Of a stretch of 64,000 nucleotides of DNA, positions 29,682 through 39,246 are shown one piece after another. A program made the translations under genes and the position numbers. Source of the stretch: an uncultured Pelagibacteraceae bacterium (lineage in GTDB: Bacteria; Pseudomonadota; Alphaproteobacteria; Pelagibacterales; Pelagibacteraceae); NCBI GenBank assembly GCA_902595375.1, contig CACJPW010000002.1, positions 13,745 through 77,744 of the forward strand, given 5' to 3'. Numbering within the stretch: position 1 is the stretch's first letter; each line of letters opens with the position of its first letter. Below the pieces are notes generated by a model that was not told where the DNA came from, made no database searches, and saw nothing but the letters and a program-made list of their open reading frames with translations.

Positions 29682-31766
29682 TTATTTTAAAATTTTTGCA
29701 GATTTTAAAATAAAAGAATATTCTTCTGCTAGTTCTGTGATCGCATTGTCGCGGCCAGACATTCCTCCATGACCTGCTGCTTCCATTTTGCATTTTAACA
29801 ATTGAACATTATTATCAGTCTTTGTCTCTCTAAGTTTTGCAATATATTTAACTGGTTCAGAGTAAAGGACTCTGTTATCAAACAAAGATGTGGTAATAAG
29901 CATCGGTGGATAATCTTTTTTTTTAAGATTGTTATAAGGTGCATAAGATAAAATATATTTAAAATACTCCTTACTTTTTATCGGATTTCCCCACATTTCC
30001 CATTCACCTGGCGTTAACGGTAACTTTTCATTTAACATAGTTGTCATTGTATCTACAAATGGAACTAACAAAAGCATTCCAAAAAATAAATCAGGCGCCA
30101 TATTAGCTACAGCTCCACCTGTAAGTCCTCCAGCGGATCCGCCATAAAAACAAATTCCACCTTTGTATGTGTATCTTTGTTCTATAAGATGATTGGCGCA
30201 AGCTATGTAATCTAAAAAAGTATTTTTCTTAAATTTTTTTTTACCTTTTTCATGATGTCTATCTCCTAAATCCCCTCCACCTCTTACATGAGCTATTGCA
30301 AAAGTAATTCCTCTATCAATTAAACAAAATCTTGATGCACTAAAAGATGGTGATATACTATGTTTGTATGCTCCGTAGGCATATAAAAGAATTTTTGATT
30401 TTCCATCTTGTTTTGCTGTTTTCAATCTAACTAAACTAATAGGTATCATTTGACCATCATGAGACTCGGCTTTTATTCTTTCAACAACGTAGTTACTAGA
30501 GTCGTGACCAGATGGAATTTCTGTTTGTTTTACTAATTTTTTTTGCTTTGAGATGATGTCATACTCATACACTTGTCCTGGAGTTGACATACTCTCCCAA
30601 CCAACTCTTATCATTGTAGTATTTGTATCTCTTTGCATTAAAGAAACACTGGGAACACCTATTGGCTCATCTGAAATTTTAATTTCTTCCTCTTTGTTAG
30701 ATTTAATATTTCTTACAAACAGTTTTGAGATAGCATCAGATTTTTCTGATCTAAGAATATAATCATCTAAAAATTCAAATCCCCCGATAACAGTTTCTTT
30801 TTTAGCGGGGATAAAAACTTCAAATTTATCTATCTGATTAGTTTTACATCTGAGTACCTTGTAATCCCTAGCCTCCTCATTAGTGTGTACATAAAAATAT
30901 CCTTGCCAAGAATCTATTGAATAACGAACATCATTTTTTCTTTTTTGAAAAAGCGTGGGTTTAATTTCTTCAGTATCAGTAGGGAAAAAATATTCTTCAG
31001 TTGTGATATGATCAGAAGACCCAATAATGAAAAATTTTTCATCAGAAGTAATGCCAATACCACAAGTAAAAGTTTCATCTTTTTCCTCAAATATTAACTG
31101 ATCTTGGTCTGTCGATGTTCCAAGGATATGTTTAAATATTTGTCTTGGTCTATGATATTGATCTAATTTTGAGTAGAAAAAGCTTTTATTATCTAAAGCC
31201 CATGTGACGCTTCCGCTTGTATTTTCAATTACATCTTTTTCATTTTTTCCTGTTCTAAGATCTCTTAGATAAATTGTGTAATATTCTGATCCTTTTAAAT
31301 CTAGAGAGTAAGCAATAAAATTATCACAATAAGAAGTGCTCACAGTGCCAACTCCAAAATACTCTGAACCAGAACTCTTTTTTTCCAAATCACCATCAAA
31401 AAAAACTTCCTCAGATTTAGAGCCATCAACGAGTTGCCTCATTCTCTTACCATAATTACCCTTAGTTTCTGTTTTTGACCAATAATAATATTTTTTATCT
31501 TTATATTTTAATCCAGTATCATCTAATTTAATTTTTCCTTTTATTTCGTTAAATAAATTTTTCTGTAATTCTTTAATGTCTGTGAAGTAGTCTTCGGTTA
31601 TTTTGTTGTTAGCTTCTATGTAATCCTTGACCTCAGTATTTAACTTTTTTGGATCCTTTAAAACTTCAAGGATATTAGGCTGATCAACCCATGAATAATC
31701 ATCTTCTAGTGGAATCCCGTGATATTTTTTCGTAGTCTTTATTTTTTTAAGTTTTGGTATATTCAT
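29682..31766 (-). CDS. ptrB: Oligopeptidase B (S9A family)
   Basis: GGSAGG nucleophile, HVRGGG, DNRV, AGHGG; beta-propeller N-terminal region. Confidence 0.92.
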   Translation of the reverse strand: MNIPKLKKIKTTKKYHGIPLEDDYSWVDQPNILEVLKDPKKLNTEVKDYIEANNKITEDYFTDIKELQKNLFNEIKGKIKLDDTGLKYKDKKYYYWSKTETKGNYGKRMRQLVDGSKSEEVFFDGDLEKKSSGSEYFGVGTVSTSYCDNFIAYSLDLKGSEYYTIYLRDLRTGKNEKDVIENTSGSVTWALDNKSFFYSKLDQYHRPRQIFKHILGTSTDQDQLIFEEKDETFTCGIGITSDEKFFIIGSSDHITTEEYFFPTDTEEIKPTLFQKRKNDVRYSIDSWQGYFYVHTNEEARDYKVLRCKTNQIDKFEVFIPAKKETVIGGFEFLDDYILRSEKSDAISKLFVRNIKSNKEEEIKISDEPIGVPSVSLMQRDTNTTMIRVGWESMSTPGQVYEYDIISKQKKLVKQTEIPSGHDSSNYVVERIKAESHDGQMIPISLVRLKTAKQDGKSKILLYAYGAYKHSISPSFSASRFCLIDRGITFAIAHVRGGGDLGDRHHEKGKKKFKKNTFLDYIACANHLIEQRYTYKGGICFYGGSAGGLTGGAVANMAPDLFFGMLLLVPFVDTMTTMLNEKLPLTPGEWEMWGNPIKSKEYFKYILSYAPYNNLKKKDYPPMLITTSLFDNRVLYSEPVKYIAKLRETKTDNNVQLLKCKMEAAGHGGMSGRDNAITELAEEYSFILKSAKILK

Positions 31767-31779
31767 ACTAGGAAATTAT

Positions 31780-32292
31780 ATGAATTTGTTTTTGTTGGGA
31801 ATTATCATTTTCGTCGTAATCTACCTTTTTCTAAATTGGTTCGCTAGGGCTAGTTCAAAAAAGATAGCTACAACTATAAAAAAAATTGCGATTTATATAT
31901 CATTAATTCTAGCTGTACTATTCACAATTGGCGGTAAATTCATCTTCAGTCTTCCAATGTGGTTGATCTTGCTCTCTGGTCTCAAGATCAAAGGATTTAC
32001 TGCTCTACAAATGTATCAATTATGGAGATTAATTCAATTCATGAAAAATAACGCAGGAAGATTTTCTCAAGGTCAATTTGGTCAAACTCCAGGATCATCA
32101 AGCCTTACATCAGATGAGGCTTATAAATTGCTAGGATTAAAAAAGGGTGCGAGTAAAGAAGAAGTATTAAAAGCAGCCAATCAATTACAAAAAAAAATTC
32201 ATCCTGATATGAACCGCAACGTAGACAGTTCTAGATTGAGTCAATTAGTAAATGAAGCAAAAGAAAAAATATTAAAAACTGATTTTAGTTAG
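31780..32292 (+). CDS. Membrane-anchored J-domain protein
   Basis: Hydrophobic N-terminus; C-terminal EAYKLLGL..HPD..VNEAK. Confidence 0.85.
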   Translation: MNLFLLGIIIFVVIYLFLNWFARASSKKIATTIKKIAIYISLILAVLFTIGGKFIFSLPMWLILLSGLKIKGFTALQMYQLWRLIQFMKNNAGRFSQGQFGQTPGSSSLTSDEAYKLLGLKKGASKEEVLKAANQLQKKIHPDMNRNVDSSRLSQLVNEAKEKILKTDFS

Positions 32293-33247
32293 TTAAAAGT
32301 TCAATACATTTATTATAAACCTTATCAAAAGAGATCTTATCTGCACCCAAAGTATCATGGGTTGTTGTCTCTTCAGTCTCACCTTCTGGGGTAATTACAT
32401 TAATATTTTTTGAATACTTTCCATAAGCAAGAACTGGACTATCCATAAATAAAGCTACAGTTTTTAAATTAAGAGCGGCACTGATATGCATAAAACCTGT
32501 ATCGTTTCCGCAGTATAAATTACAATTTGCTATAATCGGAAGTATTTCATTTATCTTTAAGTTGTTTAAAGAAATACAATTAGATCCTATATTTGAATTC
32601 GATATTTCATTTATTAAAACCTGGTCGTTTTTTCCAGCTGCTAAGTAAAATTTCGATGGAAATTTTTGATTTATTTTTTCACTTAATTTAATAAAATTTT
32701 TTATTTCCCAGCGTTTAGTCGGTCCGGATGCACTAATACCTAATACAATACATTTATTATTTAATGACATATTTTTTTGAGCTTTTAATATCTTATCCTG
32801 ATTGACAAAGAGTTTTGGTTGTGTTGATACAATTTTATCAATTTCATTCTCAGTAAAAATTTTTGCTGTATTGACAACATGTTGCCCCTTTTTTTTTAAT
32901 AGAGGATATTGAGCAATTTTTTTGATACCTGCAAATTTACAAACTAAAAAATATCTTACTGAACTATTAAATATAAAAACTTTATCAAATTTTTTTTCTT
33001 TAATATCTCCTATCAACTTTATAAATCCATTTAAACCGTCGTGGCTACCAGTATTATCCTCTAAGCGATCTAATGTTATCACTTCTTTGATATGAGGATC
33101 GTCTTGAAAAAGATCTTTTGCTCTAGTATTTTCTTTAGCTAGTATGGAAACTGGTTTTTCATATTTTTTCGAGATTTCATGTATATAATTCAGGTGAATT
33201 ATACAGTCTCCTAGCCCAACTTTATTTATCAGAATCAGAACTTTCAT
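32285..33247 (-). CDS. Glycosyltransferase family 9 (heptosyltransferase-like)
   Basis: GLGD, KRW, GNDTGFMHISAAL motifs. Confidence 0.88.
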   Translation of the reverse strand: MKVLILINKVGLGDCIIHLNYIHEISKKYEKPVSILAKENTRAKDLFQDDPHIKEVITLDRLEDNTGSHDGLNGFIKLIGDIKEKKFDKVFIFNSSVRYFLVCKFAGIKKIAQYPLLKKKGQHVVNTAKIFTENEIDKIVSTQPKLFVNQDKILKAQKNMSLNNKCIVLGISASGPTKRWEIKNFIKLSEKINQKFPSKFYLAAGKNDQVLINEISNSNIGSNCISLNNLKINEILPIIANCNLYCGNDTGFMHISAALNLKTVALFMDSPVLAYGKYSKNINVITPEGETEETTTHDTLGADKISFDKVYNKCIELLTN

Positions 33248-33294
33248 TTTTAGAACTTATATTATAATTTATTTCAATAAATTGGGACAATAAG

Positions 33295-34179
33295 ATGTTG
33301 AAACGAGGCGTATACGCAGCAAGTTTAAGTGTTTTAAATAAAGACTTAACGTTAAATGTTGAGGCTACTATTTCTCACGCTGAGAACCTAATCAAAAACG
33401 GATTACATGGATGTTTCTTTTTTGGAAGTACTGGAATGTCACAACTAATTTCTAAAAATGAAAAAATGGAGCTAATTTCAAAAATTTCTACACACAAACA
33501 AAGGAAACACTTTTATTTAGGTACAGGCTGCAACAGTCTTAATGAAAATATTGAGTTAATAAAATATGCAAGTGAGTTTAACTTTAATACGATTTTGTTA
33601 ATGCCAAGCGCATACTATGTTGGAAACTCTGACGAGGGAGTTTTTGAGTTTTACAAAAAAATAATATCAGCATGCCCAAAAGTCAAAATTGTAATTTATA
33701 ATTTTCAAAAACTATCTGGTTATATTTTTTCAACTGACGCAATTACAAAATTGGTTGAGTCATTTCCAAAAAATATAATTGGAGTTAAAGACTCGTCTTA
33801 CAATTTATATGAAAATTTAAAAATTAAAAATTTTTTAATATTTCCGGGTAGTGAGGCTAAACTTCTTAAAGGATTAGAAAAAGGATCTAGCGGTGTTATA
33901 AGTGCAGTAACTAACTCAACGCACTCCTTAGCCAGAAAAGTATTTGATGATTTTGAAAATAAGATGCCGCAAACAAAAAATGATCAATTAATAGGTGTTC
34001 GTGAAACCTTCGACGGCTATAATTTAATATCAGCTTTGCACAGTTTTCATTCGATAAAAGATGAAAATTATAAGAATATACTACCTCCACTCACTTTGTT
34101 GGGTGAGCAAAAACTGAAAGAACTTATTAAAAAATTACAAAAACTAAAATTTATTAGTGAAAAAAATATAGCAGCGTAA
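33295..34179 (+). CDS. DHDPS/NAL-family class I aldolase
   Basis: GSTG, IYNF, Schiff-base Lys in GVKDSS; DapA Arg138 not evident. Confidence 0.85.
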   Translation: MLKRGVYAASLSVLNKDLTLNVEATISHAENLIKNGLHGCFFFGSTGMSQLISKNEKMELISKISTHKQRKHFYLGTGCNSLNENIELIKYASEFNFNTILLMPSAYYVGNSDEGVFEFYKKIISACPKVKIVIYNFQKLSGYIFSTDAITKLVESFPKNIIGVKDSSYNLYENLKIKNFLIFPGSEAKLLKGLEKGSSGVISAVTNSTHSLARKVFDDFENKMPQTKNDQLIGVRETFDGYNLISALHSFHSIKDENYKNILPPLTLLGEQKLKELIKKLQKLKFISEKNIAA

Positions 34180-34182
34180 TTT

Positions 34183-35388
34183 ATGATTTTAGCAAAATTA
34201 TTTACAAAAATTTTTAAAGAGGGAGGAATAATACTAATTGATTCTGAAAATCAAAAATATATTTGTGGTTCACCAAGACAAATTAACCCTATAACTTTAA
34301 AACTTTTGAAAAAAGATTTAAATTGGAAAATTCTACTGAATCCAGAACTTGAGTTTCCTGAAGGTTTTATTAGAGGAGATATAGTCATTGAAAATGCCTC
34401 ATTGAAGGAATTTTTAATGGAAGTTCTGAAAAATCTAGGAAGAAGTGAAGTTAGCACAGCAAGTATTTTTTTTAAAAAAGTTTATCAAGCATGGAGATTT
34501 ATCTCTAATTTTAATTTTCCAGGTAAATCTAAAAAAAATGTTGAAGCTCATTATGATATTGGTGGAAGAAAAGGTGAAATTCTTTATGATGTGATGCTTG
34601 ATAAGCACCATCGTCAATATAGCTGTGGTTATTGGAAAGAAGAAACTGAAACTTTAGAAGAGGCACAAGAAAATAAAATCCAACATATAATAAAAAAACT
34701 TGATATTAAAAAAAATCAAACAGTTTTAGATATTGGTTGTGGATGGGGCGGACTTTGTTTTGAGATAGCAAAACAGTATGACTGTGAAGTAACTGGAATT
34801 TCATTAAGTACCAATCAAATAAATTATTGTAAAGAGAAGGCTAAGAAGTTAGGTTTGGAAAATCAAGTTAAATTCGAATTAATAGATTATAGATTAGTAA
34901 AGGGAAACTACGATCGTATTGTATCAGTAGGTTTTGGGGAACACCTAGGTGTAAAGTTCTATAACACTTTTTTTAAGAAAATTAACAGTATACTTAATGA
35001 AAATGGAAATTTCCTATTTCATCTAATTGGTGTAGTGGACAAACCTTCTGCTCCAAATCAATTCATAAACAAATATATTTTCCCTGGGGGTGTATGTCCC
35101 TCACTGAGTCAGCTTATAAAACCAATAGAGAAAACTGGTCTAATCGTTGCTGACACAGAAACTTTAATAAGACACTACGATAAAACACTTGAGACTTGGC
35201 TAGAAAGATTTTTAGCAAAAAGGAATGAGATAAAAGATTTATTTGATGAAAAATTTTGTAAAATGTGGGAATTTTATTTAGCAAGCTGTGCGGCAGCTTT
35301 CAGATACCGTGATCTTGTTGTTTTTCAATTACAAATTGTCAAGAACTTTCAATCTGCTCATAGAACAAGAGACTATATATATTCATAA
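34183..35388 (+). CDS. cfa: Cyclopropane-fatty-acyl-phospholipid synthase family methyltransferase
   Basis: HYD, YSCGYW, LDIGCGWG, YIFPGG, HY.KTL..W, MWEFYL..C motifs. Confidence 0.88.
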   Translation: MILAKLFTKIFKEGGIILIDSENQKYICGSPRQINPITLKLLKKDLNWKILLNPELEFPEGFIRGDIVIENASLKEFLMEVLKNLGRSEVSTASIFFKKVYQAWRFISNFNFPGKSKKNVEAHYDIGGRKGEILYDVMLDKHHRQYSCGYWKEETETLEEAQENKIQHIIKKLDIKKNQTVLDIGCGWGGLCFEIAKQYDCEVTGISLSTNQINYCKEKAKKLGLENQVKFELIDYRLVKGNYDRIVSVGFGEHLGVKFYNTFFKKINSILNENGNFLFHLIGVVDKPSAPNQFINKYIFPGGVCPSLSQLIKPIEKTGLIVADTETLIRHYDKTLETWLERFLAKRNEIKDLFDEKFCKMWEFYLASCAAAFRYRDLVVFQLQIVKNFQSAHRTRDYIYS

Positions 35389-35414
35389 AAACTGTTATTA
35401 AATAAAATGACAGT

Positions 35415-36626
35415 ATGAAAAGAAAAAAAAAGAAACTTAAAAAAATTAAGTCAATAAAATCAAAAAAATTCAGATCAAAAAAAAGAGCTAAAAGACGAAA
35501 AAAAATTACCAAAAAAAAATCAATAATAAAAAGAATTGTTAAAAAAAAAGGAAAAAAAACCAAGTCAAGAAAAAAAAAATTAATTCCGTCAAAATTCAAA
35601 AACAAAAAAACCCAAAAAACAAGAGCGATTGTATCGGGAATTTTAAGTTTAAGCGATAAATTGAGATCAATGCTCAGATTTAATTTTAATCTAGATAAAT
35701 CTCTACAGGATTTCTTTCAAGGTATTTCTAATCGAGTTTCAAATATTAAAAAAGTTATTCAAGAAGAAAGAGAGAAACAAAAAAAAATTAAAATTCAAGC
35801 GATGCAGAAAGAGAAAATAGAAGCACAAAAACGTTTTAAACAACAAGAACAGCTTGTAATTAAATCTAAAGAACTTGAACTTAGAGAAGAAAAAAAATTA
35901 GGCCGTGAGCGAAAGATAGAATTGAGAAAATTTATAAGATTGGAGCAAGCTGAACTTAGAAAAGAGCAAGCGGAGAAACAGAGAAAATTTTTAGAACAAA
36001 TTGCTTTAGAAAAAAAGATAGAACAATTTAGAAAAAGAGAGGCTCTAGAAATAAAAAATTTGGAGAAATATGTACTAAGCCAACAAAGAGAGTCTTACGA
36101 GGAAGTTCAACAACGCATAGAGAGAATTAAAGAAAAATATAGATCTTTAAGAGAACAAAAAGTTAATGAAGCAATCAGAGAAAGAGTTGCTCAACTGGGA
36201 ATTAAAATCGAAGATACAGATAATAAGGAAACTTTATTAGAAAAAGAGAGAATTTATAATCAGGAACGAGAAAAAATTGAGTATGCTTTAGAAAGCTTTT
36301 ACAGATCCGCTCATAGTTTATGCTTTCAAATAAACAAAAGATATATTCCAAAATATTTGAGTATTATGAGGGTAGTTGATCGAAGATTTGAGACTGGTGA
36401 AATATTTATAAAATGGGATGATACCGCAGAGGATGATTGGTTAATTTTAATATACATTAAAGATAATTCACCTGATGAAGGAATTATAATTGAAGATAAA
36501 TCAAATCCAGAAAAACATAACTCTTATGAATTTAAACCAACTGAAATATTTAAAGCCTCAGATCTTATGGTGGACTCGTTAACTAAATTACTTGATAGAG
36601 AAAGAAATAAAAAAAAAGTTAGTTGA
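35415..36626 (+). CDS. Hypothetical protein: very basic N-terminal tail, long charged coiled coil, globular C-terminal domain
   Basis: 403-aa ORF filling the gap between cfa and the MBL hydrolase; TAAAAT 6 nt upstream of ATG. Confidence 0.8.
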   Translation: MKRKKKKLKKIKSIKSKKFRSKKRAKRRKKITKKKSIIKRIVKKKGKKTKSRKKKLIPSKFKNKKTQKTRAIVSGILSLSDKLRSMLRFNFNLDKSLQDFFQGISNRVSNIKKVIQEEREKQKKIKIQAMQKEKIEAQKRFKQQEQLVIKSKELELREEKKLGRERKIELRKFIRLEQAELRKEQAEKQRKFLEQIALEKKIEQFRKREALEIKNLEKYVLSQQRESYEEVQQRIERIKEKYRSLREQKVNEAIRERVAQLGIKIEDTDNKETLLEKERIYNQEREKIEYALESFYRSAHSLCFQINKRYIPKYLSIMRVVDRRFETGEIFIKWDDTAEDDWLILIYIKDNSPDEGIIIEDKSNPEKHNSYEFKPTEIFKASDLMVDSLTKLLDRERNKKKVS

Positions 36627-37722
36627 TAAGGTCTTTTAATTTTTTAATTTCACCAATTTTAAATATAATTGCATCATCTTTTTCATAGCCGAACTTTTCA
36701 GCATTTTCTTTAAACCTTACGGGAGGTTCCCAGATCGGCTCTAAACTTAATATTGCTGTTCCCCAATGCATTCCTATAACTTTTTTTACTTCTAAGTCTC
36801 TCATTAAAGATAAAAGCTCTTCAGGGTTTGCGTGGGCTGTAGATTTATCCTTGACCGGAACCAGTGGATAGAAATTATAAGCGCCCAAATTTCCAAAACC
36901 CAAATCGATAGGACCAAATTTTTTTCCTAATTCTTTGTAAAATGGTGCTGGCCCAGTATCACAGGCAAAAAAGATTTTTTTATCTTTGTATTCAATTAAA
37001 AAGCTACCCCAAAGTGATCTATTTGTATTTCCATCTCCCCAGATCCATCGTTTGGACCAATGTTGACTCGGAAGCATTGTCACTGTGATTTCATCATTAA
37101 TCTTAATTTTATCAAACCAATCCATTTCTTTAACAGTATCTTTTTTATATCCATTTTTTGTGAAATATTTCCCAAGCTTGAGAGGCACAAGAACTTTAGT
37201 ATCCTTATAAGGAAAGTTTTTTATCGTACGAATACTCATGTGATCATAATGATTGTGTGTCAATAAGAATAAATCTATTTTTGGAAGTTCTTTAAGAGTT
37301 AAAGGAGACTCTATGTATTTCTTGGGCCCAAATACCATTGGCCCATAATTCTTTTCGAAAACTGGATCAGTGATAATTGTAGTATTTCCAAGTTTAATTA
37401 GAAAGCTCGCGTGATCAAGCCACATCACATATGAGCCGGACTTATGTTTTTTAAGATTTTTTAAAACTATTTTTTTATCAATTACATGTTCAGGTGGATA
37501 ATCAATCTTAAGTTTCTTTTTTTCTTCCCTAAAAACTTTCCAATCCCATTTAAAATTAGGATCCCTTTTTGGACCTCCCTCAAGGTTTCTAAAAGCATAT
37601 AATTTTCCGTCTTTATAAATATGGTGATAAGGTTTTTTTTCCATAGCATTTAAACTAATACTTAATGAAAATAATGTACACAGAATAAGGGGTATTCGCA
37701 TACCCCTTATTAGCACAGACAA
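36619..37722 (-). CDS. Exported MBL-fold metallo-hydrolase (NAPE-PLD/RomA-like)
   Basis: ITDP, THNHYDH, QHWS, DTG, MHWGT motifs; signal peptide (true start may be MRIPL). Confidence 0.87.
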   Translation of the reverse strand: MSVLIRGMRIPLILCTLFSLSISLNAMEKKPYHHIYKDGKLYAFRNLEGGPKRDPNFKWDWKVFREEKKKLKIDYPPEHVIDKKIVLKNLKKHKSGSYVMWLDHASFLIKLGNTTIITDPVFEKNYGPMVFGPKKYIESPLTLKELPKIDLFLLTHNHYDHMSIRTIKNFPYKDTKVLVPLKLGKYFTKNGYKKDTVKEMDWFDKIKINDEITVTMLPSQHWSKRWIWGDGNTNRSLWGSFLIEYKDKKIFFACDTGPAPFYKELGKKFGPIDLGFGNLGAYNFYPLVPVKDKSTAHANPEELLSLMRDLEVKKVIGMHWGTAILSLEPIWEPPVRFKENAEKFGYEKDDAIIFKIGEIKKLKDLIN

Positions 37723-37739
37723 TTAAATTTAAAAGGAAA

Positions 37740-37943
37740 TTAAATATCCGAACAATTAGATTTATTTATTCTCTTATCAAATGATTTAAGTGCTTCCTTT
37801 GAAATGATCCAAACATACGAGCTTTCTTTTAAACCGTTTTCATTAGCAGCTGTACATCTTTTGCCAAATTTTACTTTGGCTATGTTGCCTCCAGCACAAT
37901 TAGTTAACATTAACAACAAAATTAAAGTAGGTAATATTTTCAT
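37740..37943 (-). CDS. Small lipoprotein
   Basis: Signal peptide with lipobox LTNC; two further Cys. Confidence 0.7.
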   Translation of the reverse strand: MKILPTLILLLMLTNCAGGNIAKVKFGKRCTAANENGLKESSYVWIISKEALKSFDKRINKSNCSDI

Positions 37944-38051
37944 GATAATAAATTACGCTTAGAGTCTGTGCTTTGCTTGGCGAAATTTGGACTAAAAAAA
38001 GAAATTGAAACTTTATTGAATAAGATAAACTTTAGCCTTATGATTGAAATT

Positions 38052-38444
38052 ATGTCCAAAAGCCACATTTATAAATTAAAGGTTTTTGTTGAAGATGTTG
38101 ACTTTGGTCGAGTATTTTACTCTAGATATCTTCAGTATATCGAGAGAGCTAGAACGGAGCTGATCTACGAAAAATTTGGTCTTACTTTAACTCAACTTAT
38201 GAATGAACATGATATTATGTTTGTTGTCAGGTCATGTAACATAAAATATCTAAAATCTGGCGTTTTCGAGGATAATTTATGTGTTGAAACAACTGTTTTA
38301 AAAAAAACCTACGTAAGACTAAACTTGCTTCAAGAGGTAAAAAGAGGTGCAGAAATTCTTGTCAGTGCGGATGTAGAACTAGCAGTTGTAGATCGAAGTG
38401 GGTCGATTAAAAAACTTACTAAAGATTTTTTTGCAAAAATTTAA
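38052..38444 (+). CDS. YbgC/4-HBT family acyl-CoA thioesterase
   Basis: EDVD.G..FY.RYL.Y.ERARTE, FVV...I.Y....F.D.L motifs; start uncertain (38040 or 38052). Confidence 0.82.
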   Translation: MSKSHIYKLKVFVEDVDFGRVFYSRYLQYIERARTELIYEKFGLTLTQLMNEHDIMFVVRSCNIKYLKSGVFEDNLCVETTVLKKTYVRLNLLQEVKRGAEILVSADVELAVVDRSGSIKKLTKDFFAKI

Positions 38445-38557
38445 ATTTGGCTAATAAACGCCTAATATCTGCCCAAATTTACGCTTTAACTTACATTCAA
38501 CTCAAGTTTGCAAAATTAGCAATACTCTTAGAGATCATAATAAACTATAAAAAATTT

Positions 38558-38680
38558 ATGAGAATTAAACTAATAAGAAAAAACAAATTAAAAACCAACA
38601 TTAATAAGAAATTTAAAAAAATCTCTCTATTTGAACTTCAAAATAGTCCAAAATTTCTCAATTTTAGAGTTCGAGCATAA
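38558..38680 (+). CDS. Putative 40-aa basic small protein
   Basis: ATG at 38558, MRIKLIRKNKLKTNINKKFKKISLFELQNSPKFLNFRVRA; sits in an otherwise empty gap and is followed by a terminator. Confidence 0.45.
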   Translation: MRIKLIRKNKLKTNINKKFKKISLFELQNSPKFLNFRVRA

Positions 38681-38699
38681 TCTTTTCTCCTAAATAAAC

Positions 38700-38731
38700 C
38701 AGTGGCTTAATTCAATTAGGCCATTGTTTTT
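38700..38731 (+). terminator. Intrinsic terminator
   Basis: CAGTGGCTTAATT-C-AATTAGGCCATTG followed by TTTTT. Confidence 0.75.
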
Positions 38732-38756
38732 ATATTAATAATTGTTAAATTAATCT

Positions 38757-39242
38757 GTGAAGCGTAATAAACCGAATAATAAAGTGGCAATCATTATGGG
38801 GTCTAAATCCGATTATTCTGTAATGAAAGAATGTGAACAAATTTTAAAGACTCTTAAGATTAAATTTCAATTATCAATTGTTAGCGCGCACAGAACTCCT
38901 AAAAGAATGTTTGAATTTGCAGAGTCAGCTTCAAAAAACGGCTTTGGTGTAATTGTTGCTGGAGCAGGAGGTTCAGCTCATTTGCCTGGCATGATGGCAT
39001 CTTTATCTACCTTGCCAGTTATAGGAGTTCCAATTGAGTCAAAAAAATTAAAGGGTTTAGATAGCTTATTATCAATAGTGCAAATGCCACGGGGTTGTCC
39101 CGTAGCTACAATGGCAATAAACGGATCAATGAATGCTGGTTTACTTGCAGCTTCAATCATTGGAAATTTTGATGAAAAAATTAAATCAAATTTAGAAAAA
39201 TGGAAACGTTTACAAACTAAATCTATTAAAAAAAAACCTTAA
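38757..39242 (+). CDS. purE: N5-CAIR mutase
   Basis: [36 protein letters not shown] motifs. Confidence 0.96.
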   Translation: MKRNKPNNKVAIIMGSKSDYSVMKECEQILKTLKIKFQLSIVSAHRTPKRMFEFAESASKNGFGVIVAGAGGSAHLPGMMASLSTLPVIGVPIESKKLKGLDSLLSIVQMPRGCPVATMAINGSMNAGLLAASIIGNFDEKIKSNLEKWKRLQTKSIKKKP

Positions 39243-39246
39243 TAAA

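Noticed and set aside
35415-35630. Poly-A runs as phase-variable tracts or frameshift sites
   Set aside because: The frame stays open and the runs are explained by AAA Lys codons in an AT-rich genome.
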